DNA of 64,000 nucleotides from a virus: IMG/VR virus record IMGVR_UViG_3300028549_001513; one strand, 5' to 3'. Shown piece by piece: positions 47,001 to 54,235 of this stretch (position 1 is its first letter; each line of letters starts with the position of its first letter). The notes under the pieces were generated by a model. It saw only the letters and a program-made list of their open reading frames with translations, ran no database searches and was not told where the DNA came from. The position numbers and the translations under genes were made by a program.

Positions 47001-50000
47001 ACTGAACTTCCTTTGAATAATCCAGAATCTATATCATTAAATAGCCTAGTAAGGTCTTTATATGATAATCCAACTAGCTTTCTAACAAAGTTATAAATCT
47101 TCCTAAATGCTCTATTAAGAAATGAATTTGTCTTTGACGGAGATTTAGACAGCATGTATACTCTAAATTTTTCTGCTATAAACTCTTCTATATCTGAATT
47201 AGATAGGCCTTCTAGGTAAGGATTTTCTTTTACTGCCAATGCATATATAGAAGCTCTTTCTTTCTTAGACAAAAGTAGCAATGAAACCCTATGATATGCC
47301 TCATGATATAATGTTCCAGAGGCGGCTTTATCCCATATAGTAATAGCATCTGCATGCATTACGCCCATAGCAGTCCTACTAGATCCAAGCTCTATTAGCT
47401 TGTCTACCACTTCTACGTCAGTATCTTTTCCTAATTTCTCATGAATCCACTCAAGTTCTCTCTGTATATCTATAACATTTTTATACCCAGGAGAATATAC
47501 CATATTAGCGCCTCTCCTTCTTCTGGGAGCAGTAGATCCGACTAAAGATGATAATCCCTTCCCATTTCCCTTGCTAGCATCGCTCTGAAGGCTATTTTCA
47601 TCCGTTTTAACGGCATTTAATGGCTCTGGCTGAACATTTGTATCAGATTGAATTTGAGTGTCTAAAACAGGCTCTATTTGCGTATTTTCAGGTACATTTA
47701 CAGTTGGAACTTCTATTGTCCTTTTTGGAGAAGAAGTCTTTACTGCACTATCAACTGGAACAGACTTCACTCCCTCCAAATACATGTATGGAGTCTCGAA
47801 GACTTTGTCATCTAAATTGGCGGTTAACTTGCCGCTCTTAAGTAGAAATCCGGTCCACGATAGCCTTAAATCATCTTTAGTAAAAACAATAGAGTCAGAT
47901 AATTTGAACTCATTTATCTTACCGGACATCAATAGGCCAGATATAGACTGCCCTATTAGATTCGCAACCCTTCTATCAGACCCAGTCTCATTCCACAAAT
48001 GATTCTTATCTACATTCCAAGTTACATTCTCTTTTATATATTGCTTTATAAAGGCTTCTCCATCTGCAGTCCTAGATTCATCTTTTGTAAGCTTTCTAGA
48101 ACCAACAGAAATTAATCCATCTTGACCTACGCCAAATTGTTTATTGACCAAGAATGGGAATCTAGCAATATCTGATTCACTTTTTATAGTTTTTCCACTA
48201 AAGTTGGCAATAAAAAATAAAAGTTGGCCTGCAGTCAGCCCGGTATCTATTTTGCCAGAATCTGATATAACGCCTTTTTCGTTTATATAAACTCTAGATT
48301 CATTATCTTTTTTGATTGCTAAGTTATATATAAGATCGACAGTAGATTGATTTTCGTCCATCATTCTCTTTTTATTGAGTTTGATTGGTATTAATCTTTT
48401 TGTTTTTGGCGTAGCCTGCATTATAAATATACCACCAGCATTAGATTCTTTTCTGCTACTTAAAGTATATATAGCTGAGCCATCTGCTCCGTACACATCA
48501 AATTGACCTACTTCTCCGCTACTTATTCCTATTTTTACCGTATTAACTCCGATTTGAGAAACGTCTACGTCTCCATTTTTAAATCTAGGAAGGCTCAACC
48601 CTTTTATGCCGGTAAGCTTTCTTTGTGTTTTGTTTTTGTCAGCAAGCTCCCCGTCTGCAATAGTTATTCCATTTCCGCCTTGTTTGTACGGTATCAATTT
48701 AAATGCTTTAGACCCTTTGGTTTTTTCAAACTCATCTATGATTTCATTTCTGAATTTAAGTAACTCTGGTAGCGCTGATTTTAGTGAATCTAACTTCCTT
48801 TTATCTTCTTTGCTAGCAGATCCATTGTTTACCTTCTCCTGCAATTGTACTAATTCAGCCTGTCTTCTTGATGGGTCTGCTATAAACGCATAATATCCAC
48901 CTTTAAAAGGCCCTGAATTCTTTTTAAGTAAAATAGTTATAACATACGAATCTCTTCCATTTTCTTTCGGAGTAACAGTTACTTCAAAATCGCAATCGTC
49001 TAGCGGGTTCTCAGAGTTCATTAATTTTGCAAGCTCAGTGCCAGGAAGTCTATCTTTAAATAAGCTTTTGTTATTATCTGGCTTATAAAATAAAGTATGC
49101 GATAACCAGTCTCTATTGAAGGCCACTGATGTGAATTCGTCATTTATATCATCTATTAACTCGGAATTATTTGTTTTGTCAGAACTTGTAGTCTCTACGT
49201 TTACAGCACTTGCACTTTCTTCTGCGTCTTCAGCCTTATCTTCTTCATTATCGGCGACGTCTCCATTATCAATAGAATCAATTAATTTCTTTTTTGCTGC
49301 ATTAAGCTCAGCCATCAATGGGTCTATATCGGCTGATCCAGCCTCTTCAGATGGAATATCCTGAGCAAACATATCATCATCTTCAAATGAGTCAGCTGTT
49401 GTTTTATCTCCACTAGTAACCGGTGCCTTTATATTATCTCCTTGATCAAACATGTCGTCATCTTCAAATGTTGCGACGTCTTCATTTGCATCTTCAGTAG
49501 TTACTTTTGGTTGCTCATTTTCATCAGTAGTAGTACTTGGTTCATCTGCTTTTGTTTCTACTACATCTGCCTTTGGATTGGCATTATCGGCCTCGTCTTC
49601 CTCTTCAAATGTGTCAGACTCAGCATGAATCCTTTCTTCTTCCTTGGTAGAATTAAGATACTTATCGACCCTAGCCTTTACGAAGTCTCTATGTTGAAAG
49701 TATGTCTTCTTTGAGACATTTCCACCTCCTTCATAGTTGAATCCTCTAAGACCATATTCAGACTCTAGCTCGTAGTTATATGAATCAGCCAATGCATTTT
49801 CTTTTACTAAATCATTGAATAGTGATTCATTTGCAGAACTAAGATATTCAGATATATTTAGACTTCCGTCTTCATTCTTTAATTTTGGAATAGAACTTAG
49901 CCTGGCATTAAGATAATTTATTTTACTTTCAAGTCTATCCAGAGATAGTTTAGAGACCCTACTTTTCAATTCAGGATCTCCTTTTCTTATCAAATCGACC

Positions 50001-52417
50001 GCAGTGTTTGCTGCAAATAATTCATGTATATTTCTATATAATTCCTTTGCATCCAAATCTGATATAACGCCAGTCTCTTCGTCTACGCCATCCTTTTTGT
50101 TCTTTTCTCTAATTTCGTTGTTTGTGCTAATTATATTAGTCTCAAACCATTTATCATCTTTAATCGCCTTCTCTAGTTTTCCTGGAATAGACGATTTTAA
50201 CTCCATCAAATCAGATGCAACGCTAGCCCCAGCAGTATTGTGGCTTAGTATAAGACCAACCAATGCTTTATGCTCTGCAGATCCAGTAGAGTACTCTTTT
50301 TTTACTAAAGACGAAACTCTCTTGTCTGAGTTTATCTTTCCTATTGCGTCGAAAAGTTTTAGTTGATCATCTATATCCTCAGCCGTTACTCCAGCAGGAA
50401 GGTTTTCTCTAGACTTATTTAATGCTTCTCTTACATATCCAGATCTGCCTCTAAGCGACGAATCTATGTATGCTCCTGCTTTGTCTTGCAGTGTCTTTGA
50501 TTCTAGATTTGAAAGTATGGTATTGTGAACATAATTATCCACTTTCTTTTGTATCATATCTCCTGGAATGGAGGATAATTTTGATACAGCACCCATTCCA
50601 CCTCCAAGCAAAATAGCTCCATACGCTCCAGATAAAAACGCATCTTTTAACTCTACCTTGTTTAGATATTTCTCGTCAGAGTCCATACCAAGCATAACGC
50701 CAACACCAACAGCACCACCAGTATATGAGTTTATTAAATCGCCGACTACATTGCTATTTGATAGAGCTTCGTTTTGATATCTATTTGATATGACATTTTG
50801 AGACACCTCTTCAAATCCCTCTGCTAACATAGTAGCGCCTAGGCCAGCAACTGCCTTTGCAGGAGATATATTGAAGAATTTCTTTTTGTATGCGTCATTA
50901 AGTACTGTAGCAACCTTAGCAGACGTTCTTGCAAACTTATTTTCACTCTTCAGTAAATCAGTTATCAATCCGCCAGCCTTTCCGTACTTCTTTAACATTC
51001 CAAATGGCGTAACAGCAAATCCAATTGCTTCTGCTGCATCTGATATACCTAAAGCCATCTGTTGACTATAAAACGCATTAGATCCAACAGATGCACGTCC
51101 TATTGCCTTCAATACGTTAGGATCAGTGTTCTTGATAGATCCAGACTTATATCCCTCAGTAAGTATTGTTCTTCCCGCTTTGGTCAATTCTCCATTTGGA
51201 AGCATTTCCTTTTTGAGTAAACTAATCAAGTACTCGTCAGTTCCATTTGTATCTAATTTAGAAAGAAGTTCTTTATTCGACTGCTCGTCTATTGGCGTAG
51301 AGCCAAAGCCTTTCATTTCTGAACTGAATTTGCTATTCCATGCGTCTCCATATTCAGTATTAGTCTCGCTTTTCCTTTGATAAATTTGCAGGGCAACGTC
51401 TCCAACTGTACCAGCTATACCAAGAGCCTTTGATGCAGCTCCCTTGGTCATACTTTTTGCAAGCATATTTGCTCCTTGATTAAGCACGAGACCACCTATC
51501 ATCGCGCCCCATTCGCCAAGTGAAGATCCGGCATTGTCTAGTGCGCTATATATTGGTGATTTTTCCTCTACTTTTCGCTTCCAATATTCACTAGTATCAT
51601 TATATTCGTCGAAGTCATCTTTATCTTCCTGTATAGACTTCTGTGCGGAAATAAGTTTATAGTCTGATGTTTGTTTAGCTCCTGCAAGTGAGTTTTGTAT
51701 ATGTGGATCATTAAAATTATTACTAGATATATAGTCTATAGCTGGTAATCCTAATTCTTCTTGTCTCTCAAGATATTTTGCTATCCATCCAGAATACTTA
51801 GTATACGCTCCTCTTAATTCAACTGGGACGTCTGGAAGCCCAGGTAATTTTTTTGCCTCTCCACCGAACTCCTGTTTTGATTTAAGCATCCCTGGGATGG
51901 TGGCATCGTATTTAGCAGTTTCAAATACTGGCTCAAACAGCGCCTCGGAATACGATTTAGATGCCTTTATTTTACTAAAGTCATATTTCTTTTCTGGGTC
52001 ATTAGATGGCATTCCAGTAGATAAAACATCCTCCAAATAACTCTGTCCTTTAAATTTATCTTTATCAGGAATCTGTCTCCATTTTTGAACATACTCCATA
52101 ACTTTTTTGAACTCAGGATCTTGCGTAACTTGCTCCGCCGAAGACAGTAACACATTGTCAACTGATGACGTTCTTGCAAGGTCTCCCTCAGACCAAGATA
52201 TTTGAGATAAATTCAACTTCCTCATTATAGAGTTATATGTATCCTTCGCATCATCCCAAACAGATCTATCATCGGGTCTACTTATTGGACTATCATCAAT
52301 ACTATTTAATATTGGACGCAGTCCTTCCATATCAACGGCTACATCATTCCATCTCGTGTTTTTCCCGTTTTTATAGATAAGTCTATCTGCGTTCGAATAT
52401 TTATTAGTTTTTTCCAT
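38024..52417 (-). CDS. 4797-aa polyvalent giant protein: zincin HEAYH, DFDID two-barrel-RNAP-like motif, C-terminal RecD/Dda-like SF1B helicase
   Basis: Uninterrupted 14.4-kb ORF in an AT-rich genome. HEAYH at 47291-47305. GSDFDIDK at 42647-42661. GSAGSGKT at 39548-39571. DEAS at 39320-39331. Also LAAPTNNQARAL, TIHKTLG, FLGDDMQLDPV, ITSHASQGRQF and VYVAASRA. Confidence 0.95.
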   Translation of the reverse strand: MEKTNKYSNADRLIYKNGKNTRWNDVAVDMEGLRPILNSIDDSPISRPDDRSVWDDAKDTYNSIMRKLNLSQISWSEGDLARTSSVDNVLLSSAEQVTQDPEFKKVMEYVQKWRQIPDKDKFKGQSYLEDVLSTGMPSNDPEKKYDFSKIKASKSYSEALFEPVFETAKYDATIPGMLKSKQEFGGEAKKLPGLPDVPVELRGAYTKYSGWIAKYLERQEELGLPAIDYISSNNFNDPHIQNSLAGAKQTSDYKLISAQKSIQEDKDDFDEYNDTSEYWKRKVEEKSPIYSALDNAGSSLGEWGAMIGGLVLNQGANMLAKSMTKGAASKALGIAGTVGDVALQIYQRKSETNTEYGDAWNSKFSSEMKGFGSTPIDEQSNKELLSKLDTNGTDEYLISLLKKEMLPNGELTKAGRTILTEGYKSGSIKNTDPNVLKAIGRASVGSNAFYSQQMALGISDAAEAIGFAVTPFGMLKKYGKAGGLITDLLKSENKFARTSAKVATVLNDAYKKKFFNISPAKAVAGLGATMLAEGFEEVSQNVISNRYQNEALSNSNVVGDLINSYTGGAVGVGVMLGMDSDEKYLNKVELKDAFLSGAYGAILLGGGMGAVSKLSSIPGDMIQKKVDNYVHNTILSNLESKTLQDKAGAYIDSSLRGRSGYVREALNKSRENLPAGVTAEDIDDQLKLFDAIGKINSDKRVSSLVKKEYSTGSAEHKALVGLILSHNTAGASVASDLMELKSSIPGKLEKAIKDDKWFETNIISTNNEIREKNKKDGVDEETGVISDLDAKELYRNIHELFAANTAVDLIRKGDPELKSRVSKLSLDRLESKINYLNARLSSIPKLKNEDGSLNISEYLSSANESLFNDLVKENALADSYNYELESEYGLRGFNYEGGGNVSKKTYFQHRDFVKARVDKYLNSTKEEERIHAESDTFEEEDEADNANPKADVVETKADEPSTTTDENEQPKVTTEDANEDVATFEDDDMFDQGDNIKAPVTSGDKTTADSFEDDDMFAQDIPSEEAGSADIDPLMAELNAAKKKLIDSIDNGDVADNEEDKAEDAEESASAVNVETTSSDKTNNSELIDDINDEFTSVAFNRDWLSHTLFYKPDNNKSLFKDRLPGTELAKLMNSENPLDDCDFEVTVTPKENGRDSYVITILLKKNSGPFKGGYYAFIADPSRRQAELVQLQEKVNNGSASKEDKRKLDSLKSALPELLKFRNEIIDEFEKTKGSKAFKLIPYKQGGNGITIADGELADKNKTQRKLTGIKGLSLPRFKNGDVDVSQIGVNTVKIGISSGEVGQFDVYGADGSAIYTLSSRKESNAGGIFIMQATPKTKRLIPIKLNKKRMMDENQSTVDLIYNLAIKKDNESRVYINEKGVISDSGKIDTGLTAGQLLFFIANFSGKTIKSESDIARFPFLVNKQFGVGQDGLISVGSRKLTKDESRTADGEAFIKQYIKENVTWNVDKNHLWNETGSDRRVANLIGQSISGLLMSGKINEFKLSDSIVFTKDDLRLSWTGFLLKSGKLTANLDDKVFETPYMYLEGVKSVPVDSAVKTSSPKRTIEVPTVNVPENTQIEPVLDTQIQSDTNVQPEPLNAVKTDENSLQSDASKGNGKGLSSLVGSTAPRRRRGANMVYSPGYKNVIDIQRELEWIHEKLGKDTDVEVVDKLIELGSSRTAMGVMHADAITIWDKAASGTLYHEAYHRVSLLLLSKKERASIYALAVKENPYLEGLSNSDIEEFIAEKFRVYMLSKSPSKTNSFLNRAFRKIYNFVRKLVGLSYKDLTRLFNDIDSGLFKGSSVNIDSLREFNDVYGNDGAFRFKDIGLDTISSRREFEDIIDSLVYALFKLSDVKTISDIRQLRMSELKASIAQDILDDSIEQGKIEVLKEIYTKFDSVFQPAINESLSAIGISETEEDTSDEEGKASLRDEVGAHTKASYEYSLKEALDTDVRMFIRTQEVVSGIDEETDSFIFDKSNLIGYPRFVNFDEAWGKISNQIVECLTVEDMMSRIDQLAAGDIFFDRLYSRLQEVNDENFITKFWQSTRTMVNNFVDASYIKAGGKHIVSIRDTEINSRVSKISLAWGSFFAYNDNLYTYTEDGFNFNSKYASAIVDRYNNENGITQTFKKMMNSGVLSTTFKRKDGSSFVLDLSSREGLSIVIDEFAYLHGLVGIDIDNTTISNLISDGPRESIESIRKNLSTLISSKNGPTVIFNSVLKNAIDNKGYIIKFGKKGSKRDVAISKVFQGETYVKKLAIAHSATHETGTESMVLGPDNNMMYKISLPNYISDKIDIMNNDKNDIKKMLSSTFIKGSVDKSQIASSDENVDLLASAGITDGIPTGSLAINQIMAGEADKLELATFIKFYQESAGDKGRDYFSISTAEDYIIKLSAAKNNYLPLPTMADKKTYYFIKGLKLPNSDIRFIRQENPGAATNNVYVGFSKQHLTVMSNYFKAELLAIKDAYIQYEQGSPSTLIDVYHIGRKQSSDSKEAKLMHGVKHGNALRFRHFGDMKFDGKTTLNEYINAKVAVLGEDGFKQAISAIEERLMNDELIAVDIPNSKFGNGAEKYIQVYQTELERMINSSLNSALWSKEIPYATEIGLISFDGARISSLTNNSLPLDEFLNQEDAIDKNGNKFIGYNDQAAIANSLANNLVNGIISTIEFEKLVAKDGAFYKDSDAKIKRYSSMLSTGNALRTTWPDGHEMNTLGSESFSVSELLDNEIYSKEAENIKLLFESAEIGSLIKERKGVSIDNLYEIMKDNSSESKSELDKLRKRYPEEFIDGEIIAKSNYSGYTDPKGSINETDATVFISPIMHKKIAMMLGEWNEDMQKAFDILESDDISWLSDSTRYNDALRMVMKPLKMIYYGDKYDVENKLNIPILDKMAMFTLFKSIATGDLRRLYDRMNTTEPTMSKIDMIPFNSAVKVGNDKAISYYTDSNNDQISDLGSMKVTSQDFKYLRRQLLTDPHEHPEIAIATQPIKASMSNIVASKVYSNITFNGKLGATGAELISMWNNCLNAISDKGVKSVSKELGISYDEAGNVVVNSRKITAMLYKDAKNSGMPSDFVKKLKDYMDSEFIPLQAMADNGWVESRIISMLGKKIIDIETPGGMFIQMSVFGMKSIDAESLMKGKITQSEFEARNGSARLLNNGERLRFRNDDGSMDCVVSLNLFKDIIPKELKKASYVEKKNWLISQGIIGKESRPLAIGYRVPTQGLSSVSGLKVVDVIEEVIADTIILPSEFTKLTGSDFDIDKLFLARYTYKRQRDISRDDTREKPVFSINDSIGIDQFDDNIEDPYKNNSIGAITNRLLDVMMAAITETTTVNETRQPLDTVTDELKNVVLKDIESLTENKKNLTPFNTATPSYQSRKKSEYAGGKSGIAPFALNNAHHVLGQMTGLSFNSNIDTVLKHKIGSLSNIKGIDGKRILDWLSAMINAHVDVAKDPYIVRLGVNKMTYQMTSMLLRAGKGESTFYFLSQKALKDISFDFESRSGKYGVDDSASRNAETKAINKVKNEYIEKAKQLAGSNQDKKDLLESTFLTTAERKDGRLVLDNNHVLDKVFLRNNLTQEETFDWYFNQLMIIETYSELAPFANSLSSLVKYSQVDNKKYGKTFQELRFFNKGVDDIRFGEESKLFANSDDLFTGTFIDHKLDNITSIAKAVTDGLFFRTTESVERYIDHVANLFGKKTNLMFAKEISRAIDSYIKEKFFRDLAESRGVDIKSLFYGNDTTAKRLYRIQNAIRTSTKYSEFKNNEIINSFVAEIDTLYSTESIRKPDHVSIKTISSNTKRDVDVMKDAWMDLIESDIKEISDFGKDLILYQFFIGGDNMTIGGVKLDEGERDKIGLYDFIKKELVKFKETKDAFEDDKDKVLHDIISNKWHNDTLVKMVEPWSEKSDYMGGKTNIDFPSVKSPVKIKGGGVYRTMFILENARTTTMLDGNMIFDPYVKVACDTKINGTYQVLYKLAGTTSYMSSNGKNKVYPVYVAIDRKGFRDSGKFVYEAMSERSIISDNILPYKINGEIDIDALLNAYNAANPNFKMAEKAMASIREKMRGFIPIDSFFYNNDNESLDTDSSEIYNTVDRIAKSDISKGIFGTSNLYKEFNGNSYSDLEIELAIYMYAGAILKESNALDLEMDAETGLPVESPDNAFKMRIEAYSTPILNRFSKYNGYFVKNANQSTEIKEEAIAVDFTETILPTFDDFVSENSISDEEFNRIVSADTIKEDTSIPVNYDLEFAGVKINLKNIGINFNLNDQQDRALSEVSEWYESEDNNYFTIIGSAGSGKTSIMKIIVAALGNKVSLAAPTNNQARALTELSGKAALTIHKTLGLAPLDESDEGLMFEQFGRVKIVQDGLLVVDEASMIEDANVALILEEAAAKNTKVLFLGDDMQLDPVNNNGKQSDAFITSNFVSLSKVERQAAGNPITRIINAFRTYAKDHSLKTTAYSDVTENGAALFLPHSEFSKMLKYSIDNYYNTAEGRTNPNFVKWIAYRNDTVDTINNSIRESLGRGFFPEKGEFLTAKTDSYEFTDKKKKVYNYRNAESIIVDSVEDEGFQTLFNSRIHGKFITILNLDTNKKTKLFVPSRRWVDGGIEKNIHHELSNISRSLIFDESQLWKAKSIMSSKILILDDVFMTNQDGTAAKKNGTIVKLFPAPLKYAYTITSHASQGRQFNNVFVHESDMQMVKTVDTEENYRKMVYVAASRAVNNLFGITSLPRTFISRENGEQKPIIDTNMSLDIAPKTKLIENDILPIWDRNKELILSSRPDTTIQAIIDLANEVGINELEAYIKKCY

Positions 52418-52440
52418 AAACGTATACTTATTTTATTATT

Positions 52441-54234
52441 TTATTCTTGAATATCAACTACCTCTTGGTTTTGAGCATAGCTTTTATTAAATTGTTTTTG
52501 GTATGTAGCGTCAAATGCCGATGTTGATGCCGAGTTTGATTCAGCAGCCTCAGTAAATTCATCTGCAACTGGTATTTTATAAAACACATCTCCAGGTACC
52601 TTATTCTGAGAAGTCCCTGTTGATGGAGTTGATACTTTTTCTGCATTCTCGATAGAATATCCTCTTTTCTTTGCTACATCAGCCGGGATATACATATATC
52701 CCCTAAGGTCAAGCCTGTTTCCGGTAGATACCTTTGCAGTAGTAGTTGGAGCAATCAGGGCTATTCCGTCTAATATACCACTATTCAAATCCTCCTGAAG
52801 TTTATTACCACCAATACTATTATTGTATATCCCAGTTTTATCGTCTATTAGTCTAAGTTTCTTAGTCTGTCTAGACGTCCAAGCATCTAGATTTGTTCCA
52901 TTACTAAGCTTTATAGATACCTTCTTTCCTCTTGTGGTATTATACCAATTTTCTACATCATATTGGTCTAGATCTATATTAGCTAATCCAGCAATAACAG
53001 ATTTAGGAATAGTTAATTTATTTTCCTGCTTTTTTTGTTCGGAAGAAGGCAGTTTATCATAATTATAAACCCTGGCTTCCGCATCAGAAAACATTGCAAG
53101 TACAGTACTTTGCCCATTAGATATTCTTTCTGTTAGTTTAGATAGTTTTGATTTCTCATTTTCATCTAAATTTGATTTTTCGCTTAGATAGTTATATTCT
53201 TTTCTATCTTTATACAGATCATATACGGTAGATCTCATTTCTTTTGGTATACTATTGAGATATACTTTGCCATTAACTCTTAGCTTTCCCTCTACATCTA
53301 ACTTAGCAACCTTATTTAGTAAAAAATTAATCTTATTACTAGCGACGGTATTTTGGGCATGATTTCGTATTTGCTGCGATCTTAATGGATATCCAACCTC
53401 TTGCTCCTTTTTTCTAGCGGCTAATGTCTCTCTGTGCATTTTTTGTTGCTCGCCCATTTTCCACATCTCGAGACCAATCTGATTTGGCTGAATAGTTTCC
53501 CATGCAAATCCTCTTGCCACGTTACTACTATTATTCAAAACAACATTATCTATATCGGCTTGCGTGAATTCTTTTCCAGTTGACCTGAGTTGAATTTCAG
53601 CTTGTCGTCTTAATATTGGGTTTGATACAAGTCCACCGGCCTCGGCAGCGACTTTACTATCTATATCTTCTACTGACTTACCAAATCTATCATAAAACCT
53701 ATCTTTTTTGCCTATTATCCTGTCCTTGACTTGGCTAGCTAAAGGAGCTACAACGTCAGTGAAGTTTGCGTAAGGAAGATTAGATTCAGAGAATTGCCCC
53801 ATAGTAGAACTATCCCATCCTAACGCTTTATTCTTCTCATATCCTTGCCACCTAGGATCTTCTTTTGATGCAAAATCTCTTAAGACTGGAGCGTTAAATA
53901 TAATATTTGCCAATGTTCTGTCTCCTTTTAGTTTTCTGGCTATAGAACTCAACTCGGCTCTTTTGGTTGGATCCTTTAGATCTTCGCTACTCTGAATAAC
54001 TTCATTTACCCTGCCTAATGTATTCGCATATATTTTTGCATAGTTAGCTTTATCTGGAGCAGATATTGTATTAACGTCTGAATACTTCTCAAATAATTCA
54101 TCCTGCAAAGCAGAAGCGGTATTATATTCGGCTTCTGCTTTATCAGCGATCTTATATAGTCCCTCAAATTGAATAGGAACATATGTGTTTATGAACTGCG
54201 CCTGCGCAGGTGTATTGTATAATGTAACTCCCAT
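52441..54234 (-). CDS. hypothetical virion-module protein (597 aa)
   Basis: ORF track. Tightly packed in the operon (23 nt to the next gene). Confidence 0.85.
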   Translation of the reverse strand: MGVTLYNTPAQAQFINTYVPIQFEGLYKIADKAEAEYNTASALQDELFEKYSDVNTISAPDKANYAKIYANTLGRVNEVIQSSEDLKDPTKRAELSSIARKLKGDRTLANIIFNAPVLRDFASKEDPRWQGYEKNKALGWDSSTMGQFSESNLPYANFTDVVAPLASQVKDRIIGKKDRFYDRFGKSVEDIDSKVAAEAGGLVSNPILRRQAEIQLRSTGKEFTQADIDNVVLNNSSNVARGFAWETIQPNQIGLEMWKMGEQQKMHRETLAARKKEQEVGYPLRSQQIRNHAQNTVASNKINFLLNKVAKLDVEGKLRVNGKVYLNSIPKEMRSTVYDLYKDRKEYNYLSEKSNLDENEKSKLSKLTERISNGQSTVLAMFSDAEARVYNYDKLPSSEQKKQENKLTIPKSVIAGLANIDLDQYDVENWYNTTRGKKVSIKLSNGTNLDAWTSRQTKKLRLIDDKTGIYNNSIGGNKLQEDLNSGILDGIALIAPTTTAKVSTGNRLDLRGYMYIPADVAKKRGYSIENAEKVSTPSTGTSQNKVPGDVFYKIPVADEFTEAAESNSASTSAFDATYQKQFNKSYAQNQEVVDIQE

Positions 54235-54235
54235 A

